A stretch of DNA of 64,000 nucleotides from NCBI GenBank assembly GCA_025453395.1, contig JALOQK010000002.1, positions 474,509 through 538,508 on the forward strand, written 5' to 3'. Shown in pieces: positions 46,598-54,424 of this stretch (the first letter of the stretch is position 1; each line of letters begins with the position of its first letter). The notes under the pieces were generated by a model. It was not told the origin of the DNA. It did no database searches and saw only the letters and a program-made list of their open reading frames with translations. The position numbers and the translations under genes are program-made. The DNA is from Candidatus Omnitrophota bacterium. GTDB lineage: Bacteria > Omnitrophota > Gorgyraeia > Gygaellales > Profunditerraquicolaceae.

Positions 46598-47368
46598 TTA
46601 CTTCCAGATTTTCCAGGGAGCGTTTCCTGATTGCCAGAGGCGCTCTAATTCATTACGGTCGCGCAACGTATCCATAGGCCTCCAGAACCCCTGATGCCGA
46701 TAGGCGGATAATTTCCCTGCCCGGGCAAGAGCCTGAACAGGTTCTTTTTCCCAAAGCACATCCCCATGAATGTAATCAAAAATCCCCTGCTCCATAACAA
46801 AAAATCCGGCATTTATCCAAGCGTTATCGCCTTTGGGCTTCTCGGTAAAGGCCTTAACTTTATTATTCCTTTCAATATCTAAACTGCCAAACCTGCCCAA
46901 AGGCTGAACCGCGGTTACTGTAGACAAGGCTTTACTTTTACGATGAGAATCCAAAAGTTTCTTTAGATTAATATTTGCCAAACCATCTCCATATGCCATC
47001 ATAAAAGTATGCTTTCCTAAATATTTGCGTACTGCCAGCAATCTTGCGGCTGTCAATGCCTCCAGGCCTGTATCCACCAAAGTAACTCTCCAAGATTCAG
47101 TTTTATTCTCATGTATAATGGTTTTCCCTTGAGCAAGATCAATAGTAACATCGCTTTTATGCAAAAGGTAATGCGAAAAATACTCTTTAATGATATACCC
47201 TTTATAGCCTAAGCAGACAATAAAATCATTAAACCCAAAGCTTGAATATATCTTCATGATATGCCACAAGATGGGCTGGTTGCCTATTTCTACCATGGGC
47301 TTCGGGACTACAGTGGTAGCTTCACTAAGGCGGGTGCCTTTACCTCCGGCAAGAATCACAACTTTCAT
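46598..47368 (-). CDS. rfbF: Glucose-1-phosphate cytidylyltransferase
   Basis: MKVVILAGGKGTRLSEATTVVPKPMVEIGNQPILWHIMKIYSSFGFNDFIVCLGYKGYIIKEYF is near-identical in pattern to RfbF/DdhA N-termini (recalled from memory). Start set to the ATG at 47368 with AGGAG 6 nt upstream. The track's extra 5 aa start at a TTG. Confidence 0.9.
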   Translation of the reverse strand: MKVVILAGGKGTRLSEATTVVPKPMVEIGNQPILWHIMKIYSSFGFNDFIVCLGYKGYIIKEYFSHYLLHKSDVTIDLAQGKTIIHENKTESWRVTLVDTGLEALTAARLLAVRKYLGKHTFMMAYGDGLANINLKKLLDSHRKSKALSTVTAVQPLGRFGSLDIERNNKVKAFTEKPKGDNAWINAGFFVMEQGIFDYIHGDVLWEKEPVQALARAGKLSAYRHQGFWRPMDTLRDRNELERLWQSGNAPWKIWK

Positions 47369-47423
47369 TTTATTCTCCTTCAATAGGCTCGTAAGTTATA
47401 GATTTGACTACAGATAGACCTTT

Positions 47424-47452
47424 ATTTTATATCGAATCTAACTATCTTTCAA
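47424..47452 (-). promoter_or_regulatory. Candidate sigma70-like promoter (TTGAAA-17-TAAAAT) driving the rfbF-led minus-strand operon
   Basis: Lies in the 131-nt divergent intergenic region. Minus-strand reading gives TTGAAAGATAGTTAGATTCGATATAAAAT. The rfbF Shine-Dalgarno and ATG lie about 50 nt downstream. Confidence 0.35.
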
Positions 47453-47475
47453 GCACAAAATTACCTTTAAACCAA

Positions 47476-47503
47476 TTGACACCGCCTAAAGAAGTAGTAT
47501 AAT
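47476..47503 (+). promoter_or_regulatory. Candidate sigma70 promoter with consensus hexamers (TTGACA-16-TATAAT) for the plus-strand GT-C gene
   Basis: TTGACA at 47476-47481 and TATAAT at 47498-47503. The ATG at 47515 follows only 11 nt later with no Shine-Dalgarno sequence, implying a very short or leaderless 5' UTR, or use of a downstream start such as the ATG at 47578. Confidence 0.45.
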
Positions 47504-47514
47504 TTTCCATAATC

Positions 47515-50028
47515 ATGCTAGAAAAACACCCCCTATTGAAGAAGATACTTTTAACTAGCTTAATTTGCCTTCCGGTTATGGCGCTAGGCGCATATTTCCG
47601 CCTCTATCCTTTAATAAATAAAGGGCCCGCCTATGCCAAGAAAATGGCCACTGAAGTTGTCCATGCGCATTTCAAAGATAAGCTTAGGCTATACATCCAA
47701 AAGACCTACCCAAATCTGGACACTAAAGAAAAGGGCAAACTCTTAAGAATTAAATTTAAAGAATCTTTAATTGATGATGCCGCTGCCATTAGCGCCATGA
47801 TTGAAGAAGGCACAAGAGAGCTTCTTAAATCCGACAATATCCGCGTAAGCCCATTTCTCTTAGAAGCGGATTCCTACAATTTCTACGGCTTAACTGAAAA
47901 TATATACAAAACCGGAAAAATAAGCCCGCAAATAGAAAAGGGAAAATACTTTAATCCGCTGATGCTTGCTCCTTTTGGCAAATGGGAGCCGTTATCATTA
48001 CACCCGTTTCTCGGATACTACCTCTACAGAGTAATTAACCTCTTCGAAACGGGAGTAGAACTCATGGAAGCGATAAAATGGCTAGTAATCCTTATCTCTG
48101 TAATATCAGTTATTCCGTTTTTCCTTGTGTCTTTGCGCCTGAGAATATCTGCGTTAAATACCTTTGTCGGGCTTATTTTCTTTATATTGGGTCCGCTGTT
48201 TGTTCAAAGGACTGTCTGGGGATGGTATGACACAGATGTCTACAACATATTCTTCCCGACGCTGATATTGCTTTCTGTCTTCAGCATGTTTCTTGCGCTG
48301 GATAAGCCTAAGAAGCCGTACCTGATAGCTATGCTGACCTCTTTTCTTACTGCGGCTTATGAACTTTTTTGGCATGGCTGGGGTTTTATTTTTGTAATAA
48401 TGCTGGCGGCGCTTCCTTTTATTCTTCTGGCAGATTACAAATTTAACCACAAACAATATGCCAAAAAAATTATTTTATGCTACGCAACCTATCTTATTTC
48501 TACTTTTTTTTGTATAAGCATACTAATATCCCCGCACACATTCCTGTATACCTTTGAGGAAGGCCTTAAGATGCTCTCCAGTTTCTTAGGCGCAAAATTT
48601 GACCTCTGGCCGAATATTTTCTTGACGGTCGGAGAGACGCAAAGCATGTCTTTGGAAAAAGTTTCGTTTTTAGTAGGGGGAAACTACAACTATATATATT
48701 TCCCGATAGCGGGATGCTTGATGTTTCTTTTTTCTTCCTTTAGGCTAAGAAATATACGCTTGCTGTTTTCAAGTATCCTCTTAACCGTATTCTTACTGGG
48801 AACTCTATATCTGGCTTTAAAAGCAGTAAGGTTTTCCATCCTGCTGAGTGTGCCAGCGGCGCTATGTTTTACCCTTTTCTTAGAATATACATCCAAAGGC
48901 GTAATCTATTTGGTAAAAAACAAATTTAAAAAGCAACATTTTGTAAAACCCGCAAAATCAATTATGGCGGTTATTTTCTTGGCACTAACAATTATCCCGA
49001 TTTCTTCTGCCGATCTAATAGCTGGAAGAATAACGCCTATCTATAACCAAACATGGGATAACGCCATGCAGAAAATAAAAAAGCTCACCCCCGAAAACAG
49101 CATAATTAACACATGGTGGTGCCCGGGGCATTTTATTACGGCTGTTGCCAAAAGGCGCGTAGTGGCCGACGGAGCGTCCCAACAAGAGCCTCAAACCTAC
49201 TGGATCGCTAACGCGCTTCTTTCTAACAGTGAAGAGCTTTCTCTTGGAATATTGCGCATGCTTGATTTGAGCGGCAATAAGGCGTTGGAGTATTTAGAAT
49301 ATGAGCATGGGATGATTGTTTCTGATGCCACAAGCCTCTTAAAGAAGATACTGCCTCTTAACCAACAGGAAGCAGATGCGGTTCTTGCCTCTGAAGGATT
49401 TACACCTGAAGAAAAAACCACGATCTTAAGGATGACGCATCAAACACCTTTTGCGGCATATATAATGGTCTACACGGAAATGGTTGACTCATACGCAGCC
49501 CTTCCCTATATAGGTAATTGGGATTTTAAAAAAGCTGAATATTTAATACTTAACACACAAAGTAATAAAAATATCCGCATACCTTCGCGCGATTCCAAAG
49601 ATTTCTTAGATTTTATTTTCTCTCTATCAGGAGGATTACCTGCCTGCAGCCCCAGATACAATGAAGTTGCGCGAAAAGACAATAAGATAAGGTTTGAAAA
49701 TAACTTCGTACTCAATATTGACACAAAAGAAGGTTTTATAATCTCGCAAAAGGACGGGTCAATAATCCAACCCAAAAGCATATTCTATGCGGAAAATGGC
49801 CAGCTTCAAGAAAAGAAATACGCCTCCAGCACTCTCCCATATTCCGTGCTTTTAGCAGAAAACAATAACTCGTACGCGATATTTCTGCTTGATGAATCGG
49901 TAGCAAAGTCATTCCTTTTCAAGCTTTATTATCTTAAAGGCAAGACTCTAAAACACTTCACGCCTGTCTTTACCGAGGAAAGCCCCACTAAAGATATGGT
50001 AATAATGTTGTATAGAATAAACTGGTAG
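47515..50028 (+). CDS. GT-C fold membrane glycosyltransferase with STT3/AglB/PglB-like architecture (candidate oligosaccharyltransferase-like enzyme)
   Basis: 837 aa with about 13 TM helices and a ~350-aa C-terminal soluble domain. The first extracytoplasmic loop has EADSYNFYGL (D-x-Y-x-[FY]-Y, as in STT3 DPYFNYR, recalled from memory). About 50 aa after the last TM sits NTWWCPGHFI, positionally equivalent to WWDYG but with Cys-Pro replacing Asp-Tyr. Confidence 0.5.
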   Translation: MLEKHPLLKKILLTSLICLPVMALGAYFRLYPLINKGPAYAKKMATEVVHAHFKDKLRLYIQKTYPNLDTKEKGKLLRIKFKESLIDDAAAISAMIEEGTRELLKSDNIRVSPFLLEADSYNFYGLTENIYKTGKISPQIEKGKYFNPLMLAPFGKWEPLSLHPFLGYYLYRVINLFETGVELMEAIKWLVILISVISVIPFFLVSLRLRISALNTFVGLIFFILGPLFVQRTVWGWYDTDVYNIFFPTLILLSVFSMFLALDKPKKPYLIAMLTSFLTAAYELFWHGWGFIFVIMLAALPFILLADYKFNHKQYAKKIILCYATYLISTFFCISILISPHTFLYTFEEGLKMLSSFLGAKFDLWPNIFLTVGETQSMSLEKVSFLVGGNYNYIYFPIAGCLMFLFSSFRLRNIRLLFSSILLTVFLLGTLYLALKAVRFSILLSVPAALCFTLFLEYTSKGVIYLVKNKFKKQHFVKPAKSIMAVIFLALTIIPISSADLIAGRITPIYNQTWDNAMQKIKKLTPENSIINTWWCPGHFITAVAKRRVVADGASQQEPQTYWIANALLSNSEELSLGILRMLDLSGNKALEYLEYEHGMIVSDATSLLKKILPLNQQEADAVLASEGFTPEEKTTILRMTHQTPFAAYIMVYTEMVDSYAALPYIGNWDFKKAEYLILNTQSNKNIRIPSRDSKDFLDFIFSLSGGLPACSPRYNEVARKDNKIRFENNFVLNIDTKEGFIISQKDGSIIQPKSIFYAENGQLQEKKYASSTLPYSVLLAENNNSYAIFLLDESVAKSFLFKLYYLKGKTLKHFTPVFTEESPTKDMVIMLYRINW

Positions 50029-50032
50029 GAAA

Positions 50033-50587
50033 TTACGCGGCAACCACCGTCTTGGTAATAGACATATTGCACTTAACGGTGCCTTTTTCTTTATCCTTAG
50101 ATGCGATATTATAGCTTACAATATTGAAAAGGCTGTTTGAGGTTTCCAGACGGAAAATAAAATCGGCCAATTGCTCCATTGTGGCTTCGCATGACAAGCT
50201 TACAGAATATTTCTTCATCAGCTTCTCTTCTTTCAAATCCACCGGCTTAATCTCCCCTAAACTGACATTAGCCTTATTCGCTAATGTCTCTATTTCTTTT
50301 AATATAGAAGACAGCTCTTCTTCCTGTGATGTGGCATTAGATAAATAAACCGAGAATTCTTGGTCTTGTTTCTGGATTAAATCTTTCTGTGAAAGAATTT
50401 TCAGGTTTTTCTTTATGGAAAGCTCCTGCATGCGTATCTGCTCTTCCTGTGAACCTATTTTAGCTAAAATCGCGCTTAACACCAAACGGTCAAAAATAGC
50501 CATCACTAAAAATGCTACAGCTATATAAGTAATCAACTTTTCCTGTTTAGAAAATTTACTCCAATTAAATTCTAACTTACTGGCCAT
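50033..50587 (-). CDS. GspM/PilO-like bitopic inner-membrane pilus assembly protein
   Basis: 184 aa: short cytoplasmic N-terminus, one TM (LITYIAVAFLVMAIF), then a coiled-coil-rich periplasmic domain. It is the last gene of the gspE..gspL..gspM-like cluster. Confidence 0.45.
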   Translation of the reverse strand: MASKLEFNWSKFSKQEKLITYIAVAFLVMAIFDRLVLSAILAKIGSQEEQIRMQELSIKKNLKILSQKDLIQKQDQEFSVYLSNATSQEEELSSILKEIETLANKANVSLGEIKPVDLKEEKLMKKYSVSLSCEATMEQLADFIFRLETSNSLFNIVSYNIASKDKEKGTVKCNMSITKTVVAA

Positions 50588-50590
50588 ATT

Positions 50591-52021
50591 TTACCTCTGC
50601 TCTAATTTAGCGCTTATTTCAAAATCAGCCACATCTTTACCCGCCTCTTTACGGTTAGCGGTATTTTGGGCGGTAACATCTTTAAAATACTTTGAATTTT
50701 CTAAGGAAGTAACAAGCGCGAACACCTCCGACATGGCCTCAGCTGTCCCTTTAATGAATATAGTTGAATCCTGATCAATGCTTATATTCTTTAAATATAC
50801 GCTTGTGGGAATTAGCTCATAAAGCCATGATATAGAATCTAAAGCGTGATTTTTCTTTTTGAGGGCGTCTTTTATAACAATGATCTTGCTTAATTTACCT
50901 TCAAGATTAGCCACATCCGGAGAGGTGCTTTTAAGCTGTTCTTGAAGCCCGGAAAGATATACCCCGCGGTAATAAATCCTCACCAGAAGCATCGCGCAGA
51001 TGAAGATAACTATAAGCATTACCAAGAACCCGCTCTTGATGATTTCCTTGCTTCTTTCCTGAAAAGCCATCTTTAATTTTAAATCCAGCGGCCTTAAGTC
51101 TATCCTGGCATCCTCTGCCGAAATAACCAAAGCGATTAAAGATGACAAGGCCAGCTTTTTATCCTCCTGTATAACCTCGGCAGGGACAGAAACACTCTTA
51201 TAAAACAAAAGGTCCTTGGACGGCATAGTAAATGCCATTGAGGCGCTTGCCTTAACTAACTCCACCATATCAACGGGGCCTATGAAATTGATTTCATCTG
51301 GCATAACATCTATTTCTTCGGCGCGGTAAGCGTCAAAAGACTTCTTAAGCTCATCAGCAAACCTTAAGATACTTGCATTCTTATCAGCTAAGAAATCATT
51401 ATGCCCAACCGGGATATTTCTGACAAAAACACTCATACCTTTAGATATAATAATAAAATCAGAATTAACCTGAGATATTCTAACAACAACGCTGGGGCTG
51501 GCTTTTTTCTCTATCTTAAGCAGTTTTATGCAAGATAAGCCTATATTTTCCGCGGCGTATTGCACGCGGGCGACTTGGAAACCTGCTAAGTTGATAATTT
51601 CTATCTGCCTCTTAAGCTCTGCCTGCACGACTATCACAACCAAAACTTTAGTATAACTATTATGATATGTGCCGATATTGACATGATCAATGATAATTTC
51701 TTCTCTTGCGTAAGGGGTATATCTTCCGGATTGAAGATCAATTATCTCTTTTATTTCCTTATCGCTTGTGGAGGGCACTTCTATATTCTTAGTGATAACA
51801 GCGTGGGAATCAATGCTTAAAATAACTCTGAAATTGCTTGCCTTAAGCGCCTTGACATTGTCCTTAAGCAACTTCGCAATACCAATGGCATCACAAGATT
51901 TAATATCAAAAACTTTAATCCCTGTTATTTCATATTTAGCGCCTGCGCGCTTGCCGTAACATAAATTTACAGTATCCCCGCGGAAATTTACCGCAAGCAC
52001 ATTTCGTATTTTATCAGCCAT
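50591..52021 (-). CDS. GspL-like / PilM-PilN fusion-type assembly protein
   Basis: 476 aa: an actin-like cytoplasmic domain (about 300 aa), a single TM (IIKSGFLVMLIVIFICAMLLV), and a periplasmic C-terminal domain. The topology matches GspL, which is structurally a PilM+PilN fusion. Confidence 0.55.
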   Translation of the reverse strand: MADKIRNVLAVNFRGDTVNLCYGKRAGAKYEITGIKVFDIKSCDAIGIAKLLKDNVKALKASNFRVILSIDSHAVITKNIEVPSTSDKEIKEIIDLQSGRYTPYAREEIIIDHVNIGTYHNSYTKVLVVIVVQAELKRQIEIINLAGFQVARVQYAAENIGLSCIKLLKIEKKASPSVVVRISQVNSDFIIISKGMSVFVRNIPVGHNDFLADKNASILRFADELKKSFDAYRAEEIDVMPDEINFIGPVDMVELVKASASMAFTMPSKDLLFYKSVSVPAEVIQEDKKLALSSLIALVISAEDARIDLRPLDLKLKMAFQERSKEIIKSGFLVMLIVIFICAMLLVRIYYRGVYLSGLQEQLKSTSPDVANLEGKLSKIIVIKDALKKKNHALDSISWLYELIPTSVYLKNISIDQDSTIFIKGTAEAMSEVFALVTSLENSKYFKDVTAQNTANRKEAGKDVADFEISAKLEQR

Positions 52022-52023
52022 AA

Positions 52024-53052
52024 CTATGCCCCGTTCTTAATACTTTCTCGCCAATACTTTACTGACCCGGACAACACATCATAAACACAATCCACATCTA
52101 TTAATCTTTTGCCTGCCCCATAACCTGCTTTTGCGTGCAAATGAACACAGGAAGATTTATCCGTTAACAGGCCATTTAGGGCCTTTTGCAGCTGTTCAAT
52201 TTCAGACTGCATCAAAACCGAATCTTTATTTAAATCTTCAATATAATTTTTGATTTCTTCTTCTACAACATCATCTTCTGTCCCGCATATTTTATCCGCG
52301 CCCTTACGGAACATGCTGATCTTTTTCACAAGAACACTGTCTAAACCTAAAATCTCAAGGACCTTAAGGGAAGCTGAATTAATATTAACCCTGCCATTAC
52401 CATAAATAGTAACATATGATTTGATTTTATTAAAGTCTTCTTCTTGCATCCCGGGGATATCTTTTAACTCATCGATAAACTCAATATTAGAGTTCTTAAG
52501 CCACGCAGAAGACGCGAACCCATAAAAAACTTCTTCGGCAGCTGCATTACTGGCTAAATCATCATTATCTCTATAATCAATAATACGGTTACTTAAATCT
52601 TCGGCCTTAGCATCGCTTAAAGCGCAAACTTTAACAAAAAGATTCTTAATGGTCTCAAAAGAAGCTGTGTTCAAGTTAATTTTGCTTTCTTCATCAATAA
52701 CCCCGTAACAAACTTCATCCCCGCAAGAACTTCCAAGCTGCCCGTTATAATCCAGAGAAAGATTGATTCCGCCTAATTTTCTTTCCCCGAAGAATTCAGG
52801 GTTATTAGAAAGAACGCTTTTAAGCCCGTAGAACTCTTGCTTTACCCCCTGATTGGCCAGCTGCCATATCCCAAGATCAACCGCTGACATAGCTGCTAAA
52901 CGTAATTTGTCGCTATCCTCTATTCTCTTGACGAATAAAATCTTCTGGTTAACAGCCGCACCGATGAAAACCACAAATACCGTCAAGCATGTTACCACCC
53001 AAAGGCTTAAGAAAAGTATAGAGCCTTCTTTCTTTTTTCTTAATTGACGCAT
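52024..53052 (-). CDS. GspK-like large minor pseudopilin
   Basis: 342 aa. N-terminal MRQLRKKKEGSILFLSLWVVTCLTVFVV hydrophobic pseudopilin-type segment, then a large periplasmic domain; size and position typical of GspK. Confidence 0.55.
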   Translation of the reverse strand: MRQLRKKKEGSILFLSLWVVTCLTVFVVFIGAAVNQKILFVKRIEDSDKLRLAAMSAVDLGIWQLANQGVKQEFYGLKSVLSNNPEFFGERKLGGINLSLDYNGQLGSSCGDEVCYGVIDEESKINLNTASFETIKNLFVKVCALSDAKAEDLSNRIIDYRDNDDLASNAAAEEVFYGFASSAWLKNSNIEFIDELKDIPGMQEEDFNKIKSYVTIYGNGRVNINSASLKVLEILGLDSVLVKKISMFRKGADKICGTEDDVVEEEIKNYIEDLNKDSVLMQSEIEQLQKALNGLLTDKSSCVHLHAKAGYGAGKRLIDVDCVYDVLSGSVKYWRESIKNGA

Positions 53053-53621
53053 AGATTAATTATCCTTGATAAATCTACGGCCCTATTATTCTTTATTATC
53101 CTTATATTAACCCTAACAGCGCTTGGCAAAGGATTGTCGCTTTGCGAATCCCATATTTCTGTAAACTGCTTTTTCTTTGGGTAATAATAACTAAAAGACA
53201 GGCTTTCTACTTTCTCCACGATAGGGCTGGGGCTGACCGCATATTTACTCACTTTGACCGCTTTCCAACTGTTAAATGTGCGTAAAATATCTTTATTATC
53301 TTGGTCAAAATAATACCTAACGCGCCCCAAACCTAAATAGCTTGTTTTATCCTGATGGACATAATCTACCGTGGTAAATGATAATTCTTTTTGGCTGCCA
53401 TAACCTAAAATACGCGAGAAAACGCATAAATTATGCAGGTCATTGGTTATTTTATCAAAAAATACTGCCACCTGCACATCCCCGGAGCCGTCTTTTATTC
53501 TCTGCCAAATTTTTACTCCAGAAGAAAAACTCTGATACACCAGAACCCCTAATACCGCCAACAAAACAACAACTATATTTAATTCAATAAAACTAAACCC
53601 AGGGTGAGTTTTAATCTTCAA
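53040..53621 (-). CDS. Minor pseudopilin (GspJ-like) with a prepilin-type N-terminal cleavage/methylation motif
   Basis: MKIKTHPG|FSFIELNIVVVLLAVLGVL: a G-F-(S/T)-(L/F)-I-E class III signal-peptide motif. Confidence 0.6.
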   Translation of the reverse strand: MKIKTHPGFSFIELNIVVVLLAVLGVLVYQSFSSGVKIWQRIKDGSGDVQVAVFFDKITNDLHNLCVFSRILGYGSQKELSFTTVDYVHQDKTSYLGLGRVRYYFDQDNKDILRTFNSWKAVKVSKYAVSPSPIVEKVESLSFSYYYPKKKQFTEIWDSQSDNPLPSAVRVNIRIIKNNRAVDLSRIINLCVN

Positions 53622-54018
53622 AATAAAAACCTCGCGAGAAATCTATTTTTTTAGCCTCGTTTACTATCGTCAAAACCAACCCTGCATGATACATATTCTT
53701 CTTTGGTGGTTTTTCTTGCGTGACAGGCGAGATATTTGTTTTCCAGGAATAACTGACACCGGATTCTTGGCCTAGAAATGATGCCAACCCGGAGGCAAAA
53801 ATCTTGGCCTTCCCAGGAGAATTCTTCATTTCCCAAACAAGATTATTAGCCACACAGGAAACCGCTATTCTTTTTAGCAAATACTGGTCTATGCTTAAAG
53901 ACCTTAACAAAGACTGGAAAATAACCACTATCGCCAAAGACAAAATAGCGCTTGTAAGCATAATCTCCACCAAGGTAAATCCCGCTATTGTTTTGCTACT
54001 GCCAATTGGAGATATCAT
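53611..54018 (-). CDS. Minor pseudopilin (GspH/GspI-like) with a prepilin-type N-terminal motif
   Basis: Start moved to the internal ATG at 54018 (MISPIGSSKTIAG|FTLVEIMLTSAIL). The track ORF extends to 54078, deep into the gspG-like gene. Confidence 0.55.
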   Translation of the reverse strand: MISPIGSSKTIAGFTLVEIMLTSAILSLAIVVIFQSLLRSLSIDQYLLKRIAVSCVANNLVWEMKNSPGKAKIFASGLASFLGQESGVSYSWKTNISPVTQEKPPKKNMYHAGLVLTIVNEAKKIDFSRGFYFED

Positions 54019-54412
54019 CCTTGCTTTCCTTGCCGTCCTTTCCCAAACTCCAGAGATCATAATCTGGGCGATGCTCACCAGGAGATTTATACAAATATTC
54101 TTTACCCCATGGATCAGCTGGCCTTCTTTCTAAATATGGGCCATTCCAGTTTTCCGGCACAGGGGAAATTGTCGGCTTTATCATCAACGCAATTAAATTC
54201 TGCTCTGTGGTCGGGAAGCTGCCGTTATCTAATTCATAAAGCTTCAAGGCTGTAGCAAGATTAACTGTGATATCGGCCTTACAAGCAGCGGTTTTGGCTT
54301 GTTCGGACCGGCCGACAAGCCGCGGTAAGACCATAGCGGATAATGAACTTATAATTATCACCACCAGCAATATTTCTATTAAAGTAAATCCTTCTTGCTT
54401 TTTTTTATTCAT
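53996..54412 (-). CDS. gspG: Major pseudopilin / type IV pilin, GspG-like
   Basis: MNKKKQEG|FTLIEILLVVIIISSL prepilin motif and a GspG-like body (YELDNGSFPTTEQ...NWNGPYL...PADPWGKEYLYKSPG, matching the DPWGNPY motif). Confidence 0.8.
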   Translation of the reverse strand: MNKKKQEGFTLIEILLVVIIISSLSAMVLPRLVGRSEQAKTAACKADITVNLATALKLYELDNGSFPTTEQNLIALMIKPTISPVPENWNGPYLERRPADPWGKEYLYKSPGEHRPDYDLWSLGKDGKESKDDISNWQ

Positions 54413-54424
54413 AGGGTAATAGGG

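Noticed and set aside
47515-50028. Calling the 837-aa plus-strand protein a bona fide N-oligosaccharyltransferase (PglB/AglB ortholog)
   Set aside because: The diagnostic WWDYG is replaced by WWCPG, and I cannot verify the MI/DK motifs or the fold without profile searches. It is reported only as a GT-C enzyme with STT3-like architecture.
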